In this document: positions 59,682 to 64,000 of the stretch, in pieces
Layout of the letters: each line of letters starts with the position of its first letter
Position numbering within the stretch: position 1 is the stretch's first letter
Source of the DNA: Cyanobacteriota bacterium
Lineage (GTDB): Bacteria > Cyanobacteriota > Cyanobacteriia > Cyanobacteriales > Nostocaceae
DNA: 64,000 nt
Assembly: GCA_046045965.1 (NCBI GenBank)
Contig: JBJOKS010000009.1
Coordinates: forward strand, 64,001 to 128,000
Direction: 5' to 3'
Position numbers and translations under genes: made by a program
The notes under the pieces: model-generated
Told to the model about the DNA's origin: nothing
What the model saw: only the letters and a program-made list of their open reading frames with translations
The model's database searches: none

Positions 59682-60497
59682 TCAATCCTGGATATCCTGA
59701 AATCCTGATGTTAACAATGTATATCTCAAATAAAACCCACCCCAAACAAACAGAATAATTACCACAGCACCAATACCCAATAAATTAGGAAGCCAAAAAA
59801 CAACTTCTACATGATTTAATTCACCTGGTTTGAGTTTCCATATCAGTTGATTTCCATTTTTTTCTGGTTGAATGAAATCTTCGTTTTGTTGAATATTTTG
59901 AACTCCCCAAGGTGTCTGTAAACTAAAGTCTAAATTGAGAATTGAACCAGTACCTGTTAAGACTTTTCCTTTGCTGGTAAGTACAGAAAGAGAACGCAAA
60001 TCTAAATCATAAATTAAATGATTTCTCGATAAAAGTAAAAAGTTATTATCCTGAATCATTAAATTAGAAGAAATATTTGGTATTTCTACATCAGTGTTAA
60101 TTGGATCAGATTTTTGAGCAGTGCGGTAATTGAAAAAACCACTAAATTTTTCTTGTAATTCTCTACCATTACTAAAAGGAATTTTGACAATGATTTCTTC
60201 TGGAGAAATGCGTTTTGCTGAACCTTCTAATTTTCTAGCGCGACGTGCTAAACTATTTAACCATTCAGACACATAATCACCGCTAAAACTGGTTAATTTT
60301 TCTGATAATTTAATATGTTGTACTAATTCCCCATTGTTAGCATTATTAAAATTAATTCCTAAATCGTATTTAACACAACCAGATAACATTAAAGAAACAA
60401 ATATTATCAACAATGGAAAAATCGGTTTTTTAATTTTGATTTTCATGATGTTGGTAAATATAAACTTGCATTGTTTTCCTAAATTAGCTATATTCAT
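59682..60497 (-). CDS. DUF3153 family lipoprotein
   Basis: Lipobox LSGC then VKYDLGINF; W.LKPGELNH.EVVFW; start may lie further downstream (MKIKIKK). Confidence 0.75.
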   Translation of the reverse strand: MNIANLGKQCKFIFTNIMKIKIKKPIFPLLIIFVSLMLSGCVKYDLGINFNNANNGELVQHIKLSEKLTSFSGDYVSEWLNSLARRARKLEGSAKRISPEEIIVKIPFSNGRELQEKFSGFFNYRTAQKSDPINTDVEIPNISSNLMIQDNNFLLLSRNHLIYDLDLRSLSVLTSKGKVLTGTGSILNLDFSLQTPWGVQNIQQNEDFIQPEKNGNQLIWKLKPGELNHVEVVFWLPNLLGIGAVVIILFVWGGFYLRYTLLTSGFQDIQD

Positions 60498-60524
60498 AAT
60501 TTTGGTTTTCCCTAATCTTAAAAT

Positions 60525-61046
60525 TTACAAACTTAACCAAACTAAAGAGGAAATTGTTAAAGCTGCAACAATTAACGCTAACCAGATAAAACGATTATCT
60601 TTAGTATTAACTGTACTTAAATCAACATATTCTGGTTCTACAGATTTCGGTTTTGCTGCTGATTTTTTGGGTTTAGAAGTAACGACTATTTTTGATTCAT
60701 TATCAGAAATAGCCTCAAAATCGGGAATTTCCGTCATCCATTCTTTTGGTCTTTTTAACTTGGGAGCTTTTAAAATATAAACTAACCGTTTTGCTTGTAA
60801 CCTAGTTTCATAGTGGGGATGACGGGAGAGTTGTTGACAAAGTGCGATCGCATCTTCTGAACGTCCAGAAGCTTCATAAGCATTCACTAACCAAATATCT
60901 ACTTCTCCTCCAAAACGTGTATTTCTAGCTAATAAGGCGCTGGCTTTTTCTAAATTTTCCACCGCTTCCCGATATTGTCCATTTTCAAAAGCTGCTTGTC
61001 CAGCTATGTAACGATTTTTAGCAAGTTCTAAACTTTCTGTAGTCAT
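60525..61046 (-). CDS. TPR-like membrane-anchored protein
   Basis: GQAAFENGQYREAV..LE, ILKAPKL.RP.EW and a C-terminal TM helix. Confidence 0.75.
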   Translation of the reverse strand: MTTESLELAKNRYIAGQAAFENGQYREAVENLEKASALLARNTRFGGEVDIWLVNAYEASGRSEDAIALCQQLSRHPHYETRLQAKRLVYILKAPKLKRPKEWMTEIPDFEAISDNESKIVVTSKPKKSAAKPKSVEPEYVDLSTVNTKDNRFIWLALIVAALTISSLVWLSL

Positions 61047-61200
61047 TAGTCATTAGTTATTAGTTATTAGTTATTGGTTATTAGTTATTGGTCATTAGTC
61101 ATTAGTTATTGGTCATTAGTTAATTTTCCCAATCACCAATCCCAGTCCCCAGTCCCCAGTCCCCAATCACCAATCACCAGTCCCCAATCCCCAATTACCC
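61041..61200. repeat. STRR heptamer tracts (T[C/T]ATT[A/G]G)n followed by (CCCCAGT/CACCAAT)n
   Basis: Seen directly; explains the spurious ORF 61074..61265. Confidence 0.85.
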
Positions 61201-61205
61201 AATTA

Positions 61206-62096
61206 TCATTTAAATTGAGAACCGAGAATCATGGTTCCAATCCCTACATCTGTAAAGATTTCTAACAACAAAGCGTGAGGGATGCGGCCATCAATGATGT
61301 GTGCGGCTTTAACTCCTTGAGCGAGCGATCGCACACAACAAGTTACTTTAGGAATCATACCGCCACTCACTACACCATCGTTAATCAATTGACGAGCTTC
61401 AGGAATATCCACTTTAGGAATTAAGGTAGATGGATCTTTATAATCTTTTAAAATCCCCCTGGTATCGGTCAGTAAAATCAACTTTTCTGCTCCTAAAGCA
61501 GCAGCTATTTCCCCGGCTACAGTATCAGCATTAATATTGTAAGCTTGTCCGTCCTCATCAGCCGCAACGCTAGAAACTACGGGAATATAGCCATTACTAG
61601 CAAGAGTTTCTAAAATCTTGATGTTAACATTACTGACTTCTCCAACAAAACCGATACCTTCATCACCTTGGGGACGAGCAGTAATTAAATTACCATCTTT
61701 ACCGCAAAGTCCCACAGCCATACCACCAGCTTGGTTAATCAGGGAGACAATTTCTTTATTGACTCGACCCACTAATACCATTTCGACCACATCCATTGTT
61801 GGTGCATCAGTGACGCGCAAACCATTCTTAAACTGTGCTTCAATTCCTAGTTTACCTAACCAACTGTTAATTTCTGGTCCACCACCATGTACTAAAATTG
61901 GTCGCAATCCAACACAGGATAAAAATACAATGTCACGGATGACTTTATCTTTGAGGGTGCTATCTTTCATAGCTGCACCTCCGTATTTGACAACAACGGT
62001 ACGACCTGCGAATTGTTGAATGTAAGGTAGTGCTTCGCTGAGGATTTCGACGCGATTAGCTTCAGTTTGCCTGATATACTCGGTATCGTTGATCAT
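61206..62096 (-). CDS. argB: acetylglutamate kinase
   Basis: [23 protein letters not shown] and GGMIPK. Confidence 0.95.
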   Translation of the reverse strand: MINDTEYIRQTEANRVEILSEALPYIQQFAGRTVVVKYGGAAMKDSTLKDKVIRDIVFLSCVGLRPILVHGGGPEINSWLGKLGIEAQFKNGLRVTDAPTMDVVEMVLVGRVNKEIVSLINQAGGMAVGLCGKDGNLITARPQGDEGIGFVGEVSNVNIKILETLASNGYIPVVSSVAADEDGQAYNINADTVAGEIAAALGAEKLILLTDTRGILKDYKDPSTLIPKVDIPEARQLINDGVVSGGMIPKVTCCVRSLAQGVKAAHIIDGRIPHALLLEIFTDVGIGTMILGSQFK

Positions 62097-62179
62097 TTTC
62101 AGGATCTTCCAATTTTGAAGACAAGGTTTTTACATGATCAAAACATGAAAACAACTTCCTATCACAAAATATCCTCAGA

Positions 62180-62734
62180 TCAATTTTGGTGTTGTGAAAC
62201 TTGAGTTTTGAGAACACTGGGAATTGCGGCTAGGATGCGGGTAACAATTTCTGCTGGTGTTTGCTCCTCAGTGATGGTAATATGTAAGTCAGCTTGGGAG
62301 TAAAGTGGTTGACGTTGTTCGAGGAGCGATCGCAATTTAGCTTCAGGATCAGGATCTTGTAAAAGTGGTCTTGTTTCATCTTCTGCTAACCGCTTTAACA
62401 AGATATCAACTGGTACATCCAGCCATACTATCAAACCATGACGAAGATAACCCCAGTTTTCTTGTCGCAGGACAATACCCCCACCAGTAGCGATAGTCAA
62501 TTTTGTATAAGCACAAACTTGAGCTAAAACATCACTTTCCAACTGTCGAAACGCTGCTTCACCTTCAACGGTAAATATGTCATTGATAGATTTACCAGCT
62601 GCTTTAACTATAACATCATCAGTATCTAAAAACCCATAACCCAATTCCTGTGCTAGTAAGCGACCAACAGTGCTTTTACCAACACCCATCATACCGATTA
62701 AATACAGGTTTACTCCTTTTAATAAGTTACTCAT
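62180..62734 (-). CDS. aroK: shikimate kinase
   Basis: GMMGVGKST, GE..FR.LE, ATGGG and RPLL. Confidence 0.95.
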   Translation of the reverse strand: MSNLLKGVNLYLIGMMGVGKSTVGRLLAQELGYGFLDTDDVIVKAAGKSINDIFTVEGEAAFRQLESDVLAQVCAYTKLTIATGGGIVLRQENWGYLRHGLIVWLDVPVDILLKRLAEDETRPLLQDPDPEAKLRSLLEQRQPLYSQADLHITITEEQTPAEIVTRILAAIPSVLKTQVSQHQN

Positions 62735-62774
62735 TGCTTCTGAAATTTTCTAATTACCAAATCCTCACTGTACT

Positions 62775-64000
62775 CTAAATTTGGCTGTTGTATGGATTTT
62801 TTTTCACATAGTTTTTCAACTGTGCCGCTAAAATTGGATCACTCATTAATAAGCTAGTCTCCGTTTCAGTGGGAGATTGAAAATCTTTTTCTCTTAAGCG
62901 TTCAATTATATATTCCTTCCAAACTGAACTGGGAGATAAATTAGCAGCTTGGATATCAAGGAATGACCGACGCTGGAGTAATTCCAAAGTTTCCAAAATT
63001 AATCTTTGTCCTAATCTCGGCGACCATCCGGGTATAATAAGGCTGGTTAAAGTCAGCACAGAAGTACAATCTGGATTTAATACCAGCCAATACATGATAT
63101 ACTTTTCCAACTCCGACAAGTGATTAAACTGGTGATCCAGAATTCTGCGGATATCACCAAAAACGAGAGTACCCTGTGCCAAAAACTGATATATACTACC
63201 ACCAAATAAATTTTGAATTGTGGTAGCAACTAATTTCAAAAATAACGGATTACCACCATACCAGTCTATCAATATGCTGGTGTCTCTATAGTCTAATGCA
63301 GGTAATCCTTTAGCTTCCAGGATAACCAAGCTTTCTGTCATGTTTAAACCAGTCAATTTTAAAGACCGAACAGGTAGTTTTTCTCCTTCGATAGCAGCAA
63401 TTTCTGGTGGTTTTTCCCGACTGGTGATGAATAAGCAGCTTTGATGTTGAGAATCACCTACTCTTCTGATTAACTCACCGTAACCTTCATAACTTGGAAG
63501 ATACTGAATCTGTGACAGTAATTCAGGTTTACTGGTTGTTACTTGATTAGGATCACCGCTGCATAAAATTGAGTCAATCTTATCTAAGACCAAAAGACAG
63601 CGCACCTTGCGTAAACTATCAATCAATTGAGAAATTCTGGTATTCAGAGTTGCTGTTTGGTCTATCTGTACGGTTGGTGATAATGTCTGCATAATATCGG
63701 TTAACATAGCATCTATCGGAGGACATAGATGCAGCGATCGCCAAATTACACATTCAAACTGATCTTGAATTTCCTGGGCTAACTTAATAGAAAAAGTAGT
63801 TTTACCGATTCCTCCCATACCTAACACTACAACTAACCGACAGTGCTGTTGTACAATCCATTCGGAGACTGTGGTTAGTTCTCTTACCCGTCCACAAAAA
63901 CCACTAACATCAACCGCTTCACCCCAATCTTGAATTTTCGTAGATTCAACTTTGAGTAAACTAGTGTCTTGCTCTCTGATATTTTTAATGAACGTGTTTA
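62775..64000 (-). CDS. NB-ARC domain protein (5' end outside window)
   Basis: Frame stays open upstream of the track start (QDWGEAVDVSGFCGR...VVVLGMGGIGKTT); LLVLD, ITSRE and GGNPL. Confidence 0.85.
   Translation of the reverse strand, partial: NTFIKNIREQDTSLLKVESTKIQDWGEAVDVSGFCGRVRELTTVSEWIVQQHCRLVVVLGMGGIGKTTFSIKLAQEIQDQFECVIWRSLHLCPPIDAMLTDIMQTLSPTVQIDQTATLNTRISQLIDSLRKVRCLLVLDKIDSILCSGDPNQVTTSKPELLSQIQYLPSYEGYGELIRRVGDSQHQSCLFITSREKPPEIAAIEGEKLPVRSLKLTGLNMTESLVILEAKGLPALDYRDTSILIDWYGGNPLFLKLVATTIQNLFGGSIYQFLAQGTLVFGDIRRILDHQFNHLSELEKYIMYWLVLNPDCTSVLTLTSLIIPGWSPRLGQRLILETLELLQRRSFLDIQAANLSPSSVWKEYIIERLREKDFQSPTETETSLLMSDPILAAQLKNYVKKNPYNSQI

Larger units (their letters stand above)
58204..59710. 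repeat. cluster of about 8 AGGAT-periodic repeats in both orientations, three promoter-bearing heads and nested small repeats
   Basis: Copies at about 58291, 58395 and 59244 (+) and about 58624, 58705, 59377, 59458 and 59668 (-). Confidence 0.85.

Overview
AT-rich chromosomal window from a filamentous heterocyst-forming cyanobacterium (order Nostocales, Anabaena/Dolichospermum/Sphaerospermopsis-like). The assignment rests on psbH/psbN, frequent HIP1 octamers GCGATCGC and heptamer STRR tracts. Most of it is housekeeping: rbp-rpsU, rsmI, a second rpsU, pth, tatA, psbH/psbN, a GH38 mannosidase, Tab2, PmbA/TldD, ClC, Tex, acs, ndk, speA, cugP-like, scpA, pdxH, argB and aroK. Three accessory blocks stand out. 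(1) At 42.5-45.2 kb is a compact co-oriented three-gene cassette encoding an aGPT-Pplase1/5-hmdU-kinase-helical-like DNA base hypermodification protein that ends in a beta-clamp-type motif, a DUF1643 protein with UDG-like motifs, and a MazG+MazG_C pyrophosphohydrolase. This is the best candidate for an undescribed DNA-modification or anti-phage system. (2) At 22.9-35.9 kb, two AAA_35 NTPases bracket a set of exported trypsin-like proteases, COP23 paralogues and TPR proteins, plus a RelE/ParE TA pair. (3) At 58.2-59.7 kb is a repeat-dense desert containing promoter-bearing repeat elements and an internally deleted Ser/Thr kinase-WD40 gene. Small mobile repeats are also inserted in frame in genes, including three 21-nt insertions into HIP1 sites. 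I found no rRNA, tRNA, transposase or CRISPR array. All family assignments are by eye and from memory; no searches were run.
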